Below are positions 8,916-18,477 of a DNA stretch of 64,000 bases, one piece after another. The notes under the pieces are model-generated. The model had not been told where the DNA came from, made no database searches, and saw only the letters and a list, made by a program, of their open reading frames with translations. Position numbers and translations under genes: made by a program. The stretch comes from an uncultured Mycoplasma sp. (lineage in GTDB: Bacteria; Bacillota_I; Bacilli_A; RF39; UBA660), in the NCBI GenBank assembly GCA_945947035.1, contig CAMEXD010000004.1:2362-66361 (forward strand), written 5' to 3'. Each line of letters opens with the position of its first letter. The stretch's first letter is position 1.

Positions 8916-9839
8916 ATGCATATTAGTGTTTTAAAAGAAGAGGCTATTACTGGTTTGAATATTAAAGAAGATGGCATTTATGTAGATATGACTTTAGGTT
9001 ATGCCGGTCATGCTAGTGAAATTTTGAAAAGGAATAAAAAGGGGTTTCTATTCGCTTTTGATAAAGATATAAATGCTTGTAATTATAGTACTGATGTACT
9101 TAAAAAAATTGGTTCTAACTTCAAAATATTCAATACCGGTAATATAAATATGAAAGAAGTATTAAAACAGGAAGGTATTGAAAAAGTAGATGGTTTTCTA
9201 TTTGACTTAGGATTATCAAGTGTTGAAATTGATAATGGAAGTAGGGGCTTTAGTTATATGGTTGATGCTTTACTTGATATGAGAATGGATACAAATAGCA
9301 CTTTTTCTGCCAAAGACCTTGTAAATACTTATAGTGAAAAAGATTTATATCTTATATTTAGAGACTATGGTGAAGAAAAATATGCTAAAAAAATAGCTTC
9401 TAAAATAGTGGAACAAAGAAGTATAAAAGAAATTGAAACAACTTTAGAATTAGTAGACATTATAGATTCTTGTATTCCTTATAAAGATAAAAGACATGGT
9501 CATCCTGCTAAAAGGGTATTTCAAGCTATAAGAATTGAAGTAAATAATGAACTTGGTGAATTTAAAAAAGCTTTAACTGATGCTTTAGAGCTTTTAAATG
9601 TTGATGGATATATCTCTTGTATAACATTTCATTCTTTGGAAGATAGAATTTGTAAAAATATATTTAAAAGTGTAAGTGAAGTAGATCCAGTAATAAAAGG
9701 ACTTCCTAATGTTGATCCATCTTTATTACCTGATTATGAAATTGTAACTAAAAAGCCAATTTTACCAAGTGATATGGAAATAAATAAAAATCCAAGAAGT
9801 AAAAGTGCAAAATTAAGAATTATTAAAAGAGTAAAATAA
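8916..9839 (+). CDS. rsmH: 16S rRNA (cytosine1402-N4)-methyltransferase RsmH (MraW)
   Basis: HISVLKEEAI...DMTLGYAGHA N-terminal SAM-MTase motif. Position after mraZ. Confidence 0.9.
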   Translation: MHISVLKEEAITGLNIKEDGIYVDMTLGYAGHASEILKRNKKGFLFAFDKDINACNYSTDVLKKIGSNFKIFNTGNINMKEVLKQEGIEKVDGFLFDLGLSSVEIDNGSRGFSYMVDALLDMRMDTNSTFSAKDLVNTYSEKDLYLIFRDYGEEKYAKKIASKIVEQRSIKEIETTLELVDIIDSCIPYKDKRHGHPAKRVFQAIRIEVNNELGEFKKALTDALELLNVDGYISCITFHSLEDRICKNIFKSVSEVDPVIKGLPNVDPSLLPDYEIVTKKPILPSDMEINKNPRSKSAKLRIIKRVK

Positions 9840-9851
9840 GGAGACATTTTT

Positions 9852-10136
9852 ATGAAAAAAATAAAAAGAAAATTAACTAAATTTGAATTAATTGTTTATA
9901 CATTTACAATACTTTTATCTATGTTATTCCCACTTTTTTCAGTTTATTCTAAATCAATTTTATCAAAAGTAAACTATGAGGTTGAAGAAATAAAAGAAGA
10001 AACAGAAAAAAGAACAAAAACTAATGAGGATTTAAAGATGCAAGTAAATGAATTAGCGTCTTTAGAAAACTTAGAAAGTGTTGCTAAAGAAATGGGATTA
10101 GTGTATACTTATAATAACGTTAAAGTTGTAGAATAA
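9852..10136 (+). CDS. ftsL: cell division protein FtsL-like (single TM plus coiled coil)
   Basis: 94 aa with an N-terminal TM helix followed by a coiled coil. Canonical position between rsmH and the PBP gene. Confidence 0.55.
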   Translation: MKKIKRKLTKFELIVYTFTILLSMLFPLFSVYSKSILSKVNYEVEEIKEETEKRTKTNEDLKMQVNELASLENLESVAKEMGLVYTYNNVKVVE

Positions 10137-10156
10137 TTTTAAGTAAGGTGATAATA

Positions 10157-12280
10157 ATGGAAAAGTGCAAAAACAATATTAAGTTTAGTAATTTATTTAT
10201 TGTTTTGGCTTTTTTTTGTTTTGCAATTATTGTATATCGTGTTGTTTATCTTGCAACTGCTAAAGAAATAGATGGTATTGATATAAAAGCTTTTGCAGAT
10301 GATAGAAAAATTTATGAAAGTGTAATACCTGCAACCCGTGGTAATATATTAGATACTAATGGTGAAGTTTTAGCAACTACTGTTTCAACATATAAATTAA
10401 TTGCTTACATTGATCCAATAAGAAGTGAAGGAGAAAACAAACTTTATCACGTTGAAGATAAAAAAAATACTGCTAAAGAACTTTCTAAAATTTTAAATAT
10501 GGATGAAAAAGAAATATATAATATCTTAAATCAAGAAAATTTATATCAAGTTGAATTTGGTTCTAAAGGAAAAAATTTAACGCAGTCCCAAAAAGAAAAA
10601 ATAGATAGTTTAAATTTACCAGGCCTTGATTTTATTGAAAGCAAAGAAAGATATTATCCTAATGGAGATTTTGCATCATATACTTTAGGTTATGCGAGAA
10701 ATGATGAAGATGGAGTAATAACTGGAGAACTAGGTTTAGAATCAGTTTTAAACGACCAATTGAAAGGAAAAGATGGTTATACATCATATCAAGTTGATGT
10801 AAATAATTATAAGATTGCAGGAACAAAAGAGATAAAAGAAGATGCAGTAGATGGCTTGAATGTTTATTTAACAATTGATAGTAATATTCAGTATATAGTA
10901 GAACAAGCCTTAAATGATGTGAGTAATAAATATAAATTTGATTGGATTGTAGCAGTTGTTTGTGATGCAAAAACAGGAAAAATTTTAGCAACATCTCAAA
11001 AACCTTCTTTTAATCCGAATCCTAAAGAACTTGATATCGAAAATTACTTAGATTTATCTGTAGCTAATCCTTTTGAACCAGGTTCTATCATGAAAATATA
11101 TACTTATATGGCAGCAATGGAAGCAGGAACTTATGATGGAAATGCTAAATTCAAATCAGGTGGATATAAGGTGGATGATGATGTAACAATTTATGACTGG
11201 CAAAAACAAGGTTGGGGACTTATTACTTATGATCAAGGTTTTATGGCATCATCTAACGTTGGTGTTATTAATATAGTAAATGAATTTATTGATAGAGATA
11301 CTTTATATAAATATTTTAAAAAATTAGGTTTTGGTGAAAAGACAAATATAACTCTAGCTAATGAACAAGCAGGAAAATTATCTTTCTATTACGATTCAGA
11401 AGTTTATAATGCAGCTTTTGGACAAGGTATAACAACAACTCCAATGCAACATATAAAAGCATTAACATCTATTGCAAATGATGGTGTTATGTTAAATCCT
11501 TATATAATTGACAAAGTTGTAACAAAATCTGGTGAAGTAATATATGAAGGAAAAAAAGAAGAACTTGGTGTTGTCGCATCAAAAGAAACAACAGATTACA
11601 TAAAAAATTTAATGTATGATACGGTTCATTCATCATGGAGTGGCGCAACAGGAACTAGTTATAAACTAAAAGGCTATGATTTAATAGGAAAAACAGGTAC
11701 TGCCCAACTAGTTAATCCAACAACTGGAAAATATTATACAAGTTATTATCAAAGTATCAGATCTTTTGTTGGTATGTGGCCTAAAGAAGAACCTGAAGTT
11801 ATAATATATATGTCTGTAAAAAAATCAGAATATAATTATCCACTTGTAACTGCAGTAAAATCAATTGTAAAAAATGTAAGTACTTATTTAAATATCTTTG
11901 ATACACAAAGTAATGAAGTTATAGAAAATAAAAAGATAGATAATTATTTAAATAAAGAAACAACAGAAGTTTTAAATACATTAAAAGATGAAAAAATAGA
12001 TGCAGTTGTAATTGGTGATGGTGATAAAATAATAAATCAATATCCTAAAAAAGATTATTTACTAAGTAGTAATGAAAAAGTTATTCTAGTAACTAATGGT
12101 ACCTATAAAATGCCTGATTTAAAAGGATATAGTAAAAAAGAAGTAAGAGCAATATGTGATATGTTAGATTTAAATTGTACTTTATCTGGATTTGGTTATG
12201 TTAAAAGTCAAAGTATAAAAAAAGATACTATAATAAAACCTGGTACTGAAATAAAATTTGTATTTAAAGAATTATATTAA
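10157..12280 (+). CDS. penicillin-binding protein, class B transpeptidase (FtsI/PBP2B/SpoVD type) with two C-terminal PASTA domains
   Basis: N-terminal TM and dimerisation domain. Transpeptidase motifs are SSN (GFMASSNVG) and KTG (IGKTGTAQ). Two PASTA-like repeats at the C-terminus. Confidence 0.85.
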   Translation: MEKCKNNIKFSNLFIVLAFFCFAIIVYRVVYLATAKEIDGIDIKAFADDRKIYESVIPATRGNILDTNGEVLATTVSTYKLIAYIDPIRSEGENKLYHVEDKKNTAKELSKILNMDEKEIYNILNQENLYQVEFGSKGKNLTQSQKEKIDSLNLPGLDFIESKERYYPNGDFASYTLGYARNDEDGVITGELGLESVLNDQLKGKDGYTSYQVDVNNYKIAGTKEIKEDAVDGLNVYLTIDSNIQYIVEQALNDVSNKYKFDWIVAVVCDAKTGKILATSQKPSFNPNPKELDIENYLDLSVANPFEPGSIMKIYTYMAAMEAGTYDGNAKFKSGGYKVDDDVTIYDWQKQGWGLITYDQGFMASSNVGVINIVNEFIDRDTLYKYFKKLGFGEKTNITLANEQAGKLSFYYDSEVYNAAFGQGITTTPMQHIKALTSIANDGVMLNPYIIDKVVTKSGEVIYEGKKEELGVVASKETTDYIKNLMYDTVHSSWSGATGTSYKLKGYDLIGKTGTAQLVNPTTGKYYTSYYQSIRSFVGMWPKEEPEVIIYMSVKKSEYNYPLVTAVKSIVKNVSTYLNIFDTQSNEVIENKKIDNYLNKETTEVLNTLKDEKIDAVVIGDGDKIINQYPKKDYLLSSNEKVILVTNGTYKMPDLKGYSKKEVRAICDMLDLNCTLSGFGYVKSQSIKKDTIIKPGTEIKFVFKELY

Positions 12281-12314
12281 TTGTGTTATAATAAACTATT
12301 GAAAGAGGTGTTAT

Positions 12315-13385
12315 ATGAAAAAAGTAATACTAACAGGAGAAAGACCAACAGGACCACTTCATATAGGTCATTATGTAGGTTCTTTAAGAAAAAGATTAGA
12401 ACTTCAGGAAACAAATGAGTATGAAATATATATACTTATCGCAGATTTACAAGCTTTAACTGATAATTTTTCTAATCCTAAAAAGATAAGAGATAATATT
12501 TTAGAAGTTGTTTTAGATAATTTAGCAGTGGGAATTGATCCTAATAAATGTACTTTTGTTGTTCAATCAAGTATACCTGCTTTACATTATTTACCTATGT
12601 ATTATGCAAATTTGGTAACACAAGCAAGATTAGAAAGAAATCCTACTGTAAAAAATGAAATTAGTCAAAAAAACTTTAATAAATCTATTCCAGCTGGTTT
12701 TGTAAATTATCCAATAAGTCAAGCGGCTGATATAACTGCTTTTAAAGCAACTCATGTTCCAGTAGGAATAGATCAACTACCTATGATTGAACAAACAAGA
12801 GAGATTGTAGAATCATTTAATAGAACTTATAATTGTAATGTGCTTGTTTTACCAACTGCAGTTTTACCAGATAATGAAACTTCATATAGATTACCTGGTA
12901 CTGATGGCAATAGTAAAATGGGAAAATCTTTAGGTAATTGTATTTATCTAAAAGATAGCGAAGAAGAAGTAAGAAAAAAAATTATGGGAATGTACACTGA
13001 TCCTAATCATATCAAAGTATCTGATCCAGGAAATGTAGAAAATAATCCTGTTTTCACTTATTTAGATTGCTTTGCTAAAGATTGCTATTTTGAAAAATAT
13101 TTGCCTCAGTACAAAAATCTTGATGAGTTAAAAGAACATTATAAACGTGGTGGTTTAGGAGATATGGTTGTAAAAAAATTCTTGAATGATTGTATGCAAG
13201 AAATATTAAAACCAATTAGAGAAAGAAGAAAATACTACGAAGAAAGACTTGATGAAGTTTTTAAAATGTTAGAGCAAGGCAAAGAAAAAGCAACTGAAGT
13301 TACTAATGTTACTTTAAATGAAGTAAGAGATGCAATAGGAATTAACTATTTTACTGATGATAGTTTTAAAGAAAATTATCTATGA
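12315..13385 (+). CDS. trpS: tryptophan--tRNA ligase
   Basis: Class I aaRS motifs: HIGH-type region (GERPTGPLHIGHYVGS) and KMSKS-type region (KMGKS). Size and N-terminus fit TrpRS rather than TyrRS. Confidence 0.6.
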   Translation: MKKVILTGERPTGPLHIGHYVGSLRKRLELQETNEYEIYILIADLQALTDNFSNPKKIRDNILEVVLDNLAVGIDPNKCTFVVQSSIPALHYLPMYYANLVTQARLERNPTVKNEISQKNFNKSIPAGFVNYPISQAADITAFKATHVPVGIDQLPMIEQTREIVESFNRTYNCNVLVLPTAVLPDNETSYRLPGTDGNSKMGKSLGNCIYLKDSEEEVRKKIMGMYTDPNHIKVSDPGNVENNPVFTYLDCFAKDCYFEKYLPQYKNLDELKEHYKRGGLGDMVVKKFLNDCMQEILKPIRERRKYYEERLDEVFKMLEQGKEKATEVTNVTLNEVRDAIGINYFTDDSFKENYL

Positions 13386-13759
13386 AAGCAATAACATTAA
13401 AAGAACCTTGGGCATCTTTGGTTGTTAATGGTTATAAAACTTATGAATTTAGATCTTGGAAAACATCCTATAGAGGGAAAATTTTAATTCATGCAGCAAA
13501 AGGTGTTGATAAAAATAATATTGATAGATTTAAATCTTATAATTTAAATTATGGGAATTCCTGTATTATTGGCGAAGCTTATATTGTAGATTGTGTTAAA
13601 GTTTCTAAAGAACTTCGCAAGAAACTTTTAAAAATAGATAGTAATGTTTATCAAGAAAGTGGTTTTAATGAAACTTATGCTTTTGTTTTAGAAAATTGTA
13701 AAAAATATGATAAATATATTCCTTGTAAAGGACATTTAAATATTTGGAATTATGATTAA
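13382..13759 (+). CDS. ASCH (PUA-like) domain protein
   Basis: MKAITLKEPWASLVVNGYKTYEFRSW... matches the ASCH N-terminal beta-barrel signature. Confidence 0.55.
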   Translation: MKAITLKEPWASLVVNGYKTYEFRSWKTSYRGKILIHAAKGVDKNNIDRFKSYNLNYGNSCIIGEAYIVDCVKVSKELRKKLLKIDSNVYQESGFNETYAFVLENCKKYDKYIPCKGHLNIWNYD

Positions 13760-13790
13760 TAAAAAAGTACATAATAATATTGGTGATATT

Positions 13791-14297
13791 ATGTACTTTT
13801 TAAATAGCTTTTTTATATATTCGATTTTAGGTTATATTCTTGAATCAGTCGGTGGAATTATAACTAAAACCAATTACAAAAGTGGTATTTTACATGGACC
13901 ATGGACACCAATATATGGAATAGGTGTAGTGGTAATTTTACTTTTATCTAACTATTTTTTTAAAAATCTACATATGCCAAGATGGAAAGAAACAATTATT
14001 GTAATTATTGTTTTAGCAATATTTTTAACTTGTCTTGAAGCAATCGGTGGTGTTTTGATTGAAAAAACATCTGGTGTTGTATTTTGGGATTATTCTGATA
14101 AAAAATTTCATATTGGTAAATATATTTGTTTAGAAATGATGCTTGTTTGGGCGATTGGATCTGTTTTATTTATATATGTTATAAATCCAATATTAGATCC
14201 TATAATAAAAAAAGTTCCTTTATTTTTAACAATAGCAATGAGTCTTATATTTGTAATTGATATTATTTATACAATATGTACTGGAATTAAAAAATGA
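13791..14297 (+). CDS. polytopic membrane protein (putative ABC-transporter-type-IV/DUF1113-like). Paralog of 27315..28160
   Basis: RBS GGTGA then ATG 13791. Similar to the N-terminal half of the 27315 ORF (YFLxxSxLGxxxExxxxxI, GPWxPIYGxG). Confidence 0.45.
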   Translation: MYFLNSFFIYSILGYILESVGGIITKTNYKSGILHGPWTPIYGIGVVVILLLSNYFFKNLHMPRWKETIIVIIVLAIFLTCLEAIGGVLIEKTSGVVFWDYSDKKFHIGKYICLEMMLVWAIGSVLFIYVINPILDPIIKKVPLFLTIAMSLIFVIDIIYTICTGIKK

Positions 14298-14321
14298 TTT
14301 TTTAAAACAAAAAATTAAAAT

Positions 14322-14348
14322 GCTTCTTATAAAAAGAAGTTTTTTTTA
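14322..14348 (+). terminator. rho-independent terminator
   Basis: GCTTCTT-ATAAA-AAGAAGT hairpin followed by an eight-T run. Confidence 0.6.
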
Positions 14349-14433
14349 TTATTTTCTAAATTAACTATTGACTAACATAGCAAACTATTATATAGTTAAA
14401 TTAACCGTTAATTAACAAAATAAGGAGGCAAAT

Positions 14434-15012
14434 ATGAAAAATGAAATTGTAATATTTAAAAATCAAACTGTAAAATTAGAAGTAAATATGAAAGATGAGA
14501 CTGTTTGGCTAAACAGGGAACAAATGAGTAAATTATTTGATAGGGACATAAAAACAATTGGTAAACATATTAATAATGCTTTAAAAGAAGAACTTTATAG
14601 TTCAACTGTCGCAAAATTTGCGACAGTTCAAAATGAAGGAAACAAAACAGTAACGCGTAATATTGAATATTATAATTTGGATATGATTATAAGTGTTGGT
14701 TATCGTGTTAAATCAAAAAATGGTATAATTTTTAGAAAATGGGCAAATCAAATTTTAAAAGATTATCTAATAAAAGGTTATGCGATAAATAATAAAAGGT
14801 TAGAGTATCTTGAAAAAACAGTAAAATTAATTGATATAGCAAATAGAATAGATGAAAATTTAAAAGCAGAAGATGCCAAAGAAATATTAAAAGTAATAGG
14901 AAAATTTCAAAAATCTTTTGATTTGTTAGATAATTATGATAATAAGATATTTCCTAAACAAAGAGGAACAATTGGTTCTAAAACAATTACTTATGAAGAA
15001 TGTTTAATATAA
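14434..15012 (+). CDS. RhuM-family virulence-associated protein
   Basis: The blocks NIEYYNLDMIISVGYRVKSKNGIIFRKWANQILKDYLIKGY match the RhuM family core. Strong RBS AAGGAGG. Overlaps the next gene by 13 nt (operon). Confidence 0.7.
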   Translation: MKNEIVIFKNQTVKLEVNMKDETVWLNREQMSKLFDRDIKTIGKHINNALKEELYSSTVAKFATVQNEGNKTVTRNIEYYNLDMIISVGYRVKSKNGIIFRKWANQILKDYLIKGYAINNKRLEYLEKTVKLIDIANRIDENLKAEDAKEILKVIGKFQKSFDLLDNYDNKIFPKQRGTIGSKTITYEECLI

Positions 15013-15377
15013 TTAAAGAATTAAAATATAATGAAAAAAGCAAGTTATTTGCTTTAGAAAGAAATAAAGGACTAGAATCAATTATCGCTAATATTTATCA
15101 AACATTTGATGGAGAAGATGTTTATAAAACAATAGAAGAAAAAGCTGCCAACTTTTTGTATTTAATTGTTAAGAATCATGTTTTTATTGATGGCAATAAA
15201 AGAATAGCAGCAACACTTTTTATTTATTTTTTACAATATAATAATATTTTATATAGAAATAATCAATTTGTGATAGACAATAATACCTTAGCAGCACTAA
15301 CACTTCTTGTTGCAGAATCAGATTATAAAGAAAAAGATATATTAATTCCTTTAATAATGAACTTTTTATATGAATAA
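15000..15377 (+). CDS. Fic/Doc-family protein (Doc-like toxin motif)
   Basis: HVFIDGNKRIAA matches the Fic/Doc motif HxFx(D/N)GNKR. 125 aa, typical of Doc-type toxins. Confidence 0.7.
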   Translation: MFNIIKELKYNEKSKLFALERNKGLESIIANIYQTFDGEDVYKTIEEKAANFLYLIVKNHVFIDGNKRIAATLFIYFLQYNNILYRNNQFVIDNNTLAALTLLVAESDYKEKDILIPLIMNFLYE

Positions 15378-15384
15378 ATAATTA

Positions 15385-16443
15385 TTAATTTTTATATTTT
15401 GCTACGTTTAAAACAATACCAATACTTATCATACTTATAAGTAAGCTACTGCCACCATAAGATAGAAAAGGAAGAGTAACACCTGTAACAGGAATAAGAC
15501 CTACAACAACACAAAGATTAAGTATTGCTTGAAATATAAGTTGAAAAATAATACCAAAAACTAAATATTTTCCAAATAAATTAGTGCAATTTAAGGCGAT
15601 TTTTAAACCACTATAACAGATTAAGAAGAAATTTATAATTACAAAAAGTGCTCCAACAATACCAAATTCTTCACAGATGATTGAAAAAATAAAATCAGTC
15701 TGGGGTTCAGGTAAATAAAAATGTTTTTGTCTAGAATTTAAAAAACCAAATCCAAATAAACTTCCTGGACCTATCGCATATAAACTTTGAATAATTTGAA
15801 AACCTGTTCCTAAAGGATCTTTCCAAGGATCTATAAACGATGTAATACGATCCATTCTATAAGGTGCTACAATAATTAATCCAGTAATACCAATTATTCC
15901 AAGTCCAAATAGATAGTAAAAATACTTCATATCAAGTCCTGATATAAAAAATAAAGAAACAATTGATATAACAAGAATCATTCCTGTACCAAAATCAGGT
16001 TGTAACATAATAACACCAAAGAATAAAAGACATATTAAAAATACAGGTAATATTTTTTTAATATCAACTTTATTTGTTTTTGATAGATACTTTGAAATAA
16101 AAATAATTAGTCCAAGTTTTGCAAATTCACTGGGTTGAATACTAAATCCAAGAAGACTAAACCAACTTCTAGAACCATTTCTTACAACTCCAATACCTGG
16201 GATTAAAACAAGAATTAAAAGTAAAAGGCAAACTCCTAAAATGATATTTGCCTTTTTATAATATAATTTATAATCAATTTTACTAACAAATATTAAAAGG
16301 AATAGTCCTATAAGAAAGAAGAAAAATTGTTGTTTTACATATTTAAAGCTATCATCAAATTTATATTCAGCCCAAATATAGCTTGATGAGTATATCATTA
16401 TAATACCAAAGATTATAAGTGATATAACTGATACAAATAACAT
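15385..16443 (-). CDS. ftsW: peptidoglycan glycosyltransferase FtsW/SpoVE (SEDS family)
   Basis: About 10 TM helices. Conserved SEDS blocks (PEPQTDFIFSIICEEFG, GSRSWF). Confidence 0.85.
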   Translation of the reverse strand: MLFVSVISLIIFGIIMIYSSSYIWAEYKFDDSFKYVKQQFFFFLIGLFLLIFVSKIDYKLYYKKANIILGVCLLLLILVLIPGIGVVRNGSRSWFSLLGFSIQPSEFAKLGLIIFISKYLSKTNKVDIKKILPVFLICLLFFGVIMLQPDFGTGMILVISIVSLFFISGLDMKYFYYLFGLGIIGITGLIIVAPYRMDRITSFIDPWKDPLGTGFQIIQSLYAIGPGSLFGFGFLNSRQKHFYLPEPQTDFIFSIICEEFGIVGALFVIINFFLICYSGLKIALNCTNLFGKYLVFGIIFQLIFQAILNLCVVVGLIPVTGVTLPFLSYGGSSLLISMISIGIVLNVAKYKN

Positions 16444-16484
16444 TATATTATATTTTTTCTTGATAGGGCATCACCTAATATATT

Positions 16485-17474
16485 TTATATCCAAACTGCA
16501 AAGAATATGCCAAGAAGCGAGAAGATAATTCCAAATAAATAAAATGCTTTAACAATATCAGGTTCTGCAAATCCTTTTTTTTCAAAGTGATGATGAATAG
16601 GTGAATTTAAGAAAACTCTTTTTTTTGTTAATTTATAATATCCAATTTGAATAATGGAACTAAGAGTTTCAAATACAAAAGGGAAACATACGATTAAAAG
16701 CGTTACTTCACGTCTTGTTAAAATAGCAATAGTAGCGAATACAGCACCTAAAGCAAGAGAACCAGTATCACCCATGAATACTTTAGCAGGGTAGGCATTA
16801 AACATCAAAAATCCAAAAAGCGTTCCTACTAAAATGAAACAAAATATTCCCATATCTTCTTGTCCAATAAATAAAGAAATAAGAGCAAATGCAACAAAAG
16901 AAATTGCTGATAATCCTCCTGCTAAACCATCTAAACCATCGGTTAAATTAACAGCATTACTAAATCCAACAAGTAAAAGAAGAATAAATATTCCATAAAA
17001 GAATCCCAGTTCAATATTAATATTTAAAGTAGAAACAACAAATGTTGTATCACCATCGTATTTCATATAAATATAGAAAAATAAAAGTGCAATTACAATC
17101 TGACCAAAGAACTTTTGAGAAATTGTAAGTCCTTCGTTTTTTCCTCGTTTGATACTTAAAAAATCATCTAAGAAACCTAAGATTGCATATAAAACAAATA
17201 CTAAAAGAACAATTCCTAAGTTATAGGTAAACTCAATTCTATCAGTTAAACAAAGATAAACAATAGTAAGAATGGTAGGAATTATAAAAATTAATCCTCC
17301 CATAGTTGGAGTTCCTTCTTTTTTTCTATGGTTTTCTCCAACATAATCTCCAATTCTTTGACCAAAATTAAGTTTCTTTAAAAATGGAATAAAGAAAAAT
17401 CCAAAAACAACTGATGTTAAAAATCCAACCATTAATGATAAAACTACTTTAGTTAATAATAACATATTAAACAC
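16485..17474 (-). CDS. mraY: phospho-N-acetylmuramoyl-pentapeptide transferase
   Basis: Polytopic. MraY signatures FMGDTGSLALG and NAVNLTDGLDGLA. Confidence 0.9.
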   Translation of the reverse strand: MFNMLLLTKVVLSLMVGFLTSVVFGFFFIPFLKKLNFGQRIGDYVGENHRKKEGTPTMGGLIFIIPTILTIVYLCLTDRIEFTYNLGIVLLVFVLYAILGFLDDFLSIKRGKNEGLTISQKFFGQIVIALLFFYIYMKYDGDTTFVVSTLNINIELGFFYGIFILLLLVGFSNAVNLTDGLDGLAGGLSAISFVAFALISLFIGQEDMGIFCFILVGTLFGFLMFNAYPAKVFMGDTGSLALGAVFATIAILTRREVTLLIVCFPFVFETLSSIIQIGYYKLTKKRVFLNSPIHHHFEKKGFAEPDIVKAFYLFGIIFSLLGIFFAVWI

Positions 17475-17547
17475 CTCGCCTATACATGTTAATTATACTA
17501 TAATTATTATTTTTTTTATAGTTATTTTTGTTAGTTTACATATTAAT

Positions 17548-18420
17548 TTATTCAGTAATTAATCTAATTTTACCTGTTTCATAATATCTTTCACCAGCAC
17601 TTGGAGATTGTTCAACTACTATATCACCATCACCAATAAACTCTATATCAAATCCTGTTAAAAGTTTTTTTGCTTCTTTTCTTGTTTTTCCAATAACATT
17701 TTCTACTTCATAGTATTTTTTGTCATACCATTCATAATCTTTTTCTTTTTGATCATCTTGTTTTTCAATATCTAAAATTGTAATTAAATCAAGTAGTATT
17801 CTTCTTACAAATGGAGTAGTGGTATAACTTGATAAAAGTGCTGTTTTTTTAGGATTATCAATTGCAAGATAAAATACAACTTTTGGATCATTACTTGGAA
17901 GTACAGACATAAAACTCATAATATAATTGTTTTCTAAGTATCTACCATTTTCAACCTTTTGAGCTGTACCTGTTTTTCCACCAACTCTATAACCATCAAT
18001 GTAAGTCATTTTACCACCACCATTAGCAACAACACTTTCTAAAGCCATACGAAGAATTTTACTTGTATTAGAACTAACTGTTTTTCTTACAATTGTTGTT
18101 TTGTTTTCTAAATAAGTAGTATTTGTATTATTATCAGATATACTTTTTAAAATATATGGTTGTAATAAATAACCTCCATTTACAATAGCAGATACGGCAT
18201 CAACTTGTTGAAGTGCTGTAACACTAACACCTTGACCAAAGGCGGTTGTTGCAAGTTCTAGATCTTTTACATCATCTAAATCAAAAATTATTCCTGTTGC
18301 TTCACCATTAAGATCGATTCCTGTTTTTTCACCAAAACCAAATAAATCAATATATGAAAATAATTTTTCTTTTCCAAGTTTAAATCCCATTGAAACAAAA
18401 CCAGGGTTCATTCCAGTCAA
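17548..18420 (-). pseudogene. N-terminally truncated class B PBP remnant (transpeptidase C-terminal half plus one PASTA)
   Basis: Begins within the SxN-region equivalent (LTGMNPGFVSMGFKLG...), keeps KTG (GGKTGTAQ) and one PASTA, and lacks the SxxK active-site block and the N-terminal domain. The upstream reading frame hits TGA within 20 codons and the flanking DNA encodes a + strand gene. Confidence 0.65.
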
Positions 18421-18477
18421 TACAGGTACACGAACATTGAAGTAGAAAATGATACGAACATAGATTCATATTCTAAT

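Noticed and set aside
10659-10994. ORF 10659..10994- inside the PBP gene
   Set aside because: Antisense shadow ORF with poly-Leu/His/Gln composition. The PBP frame is strongly supported.
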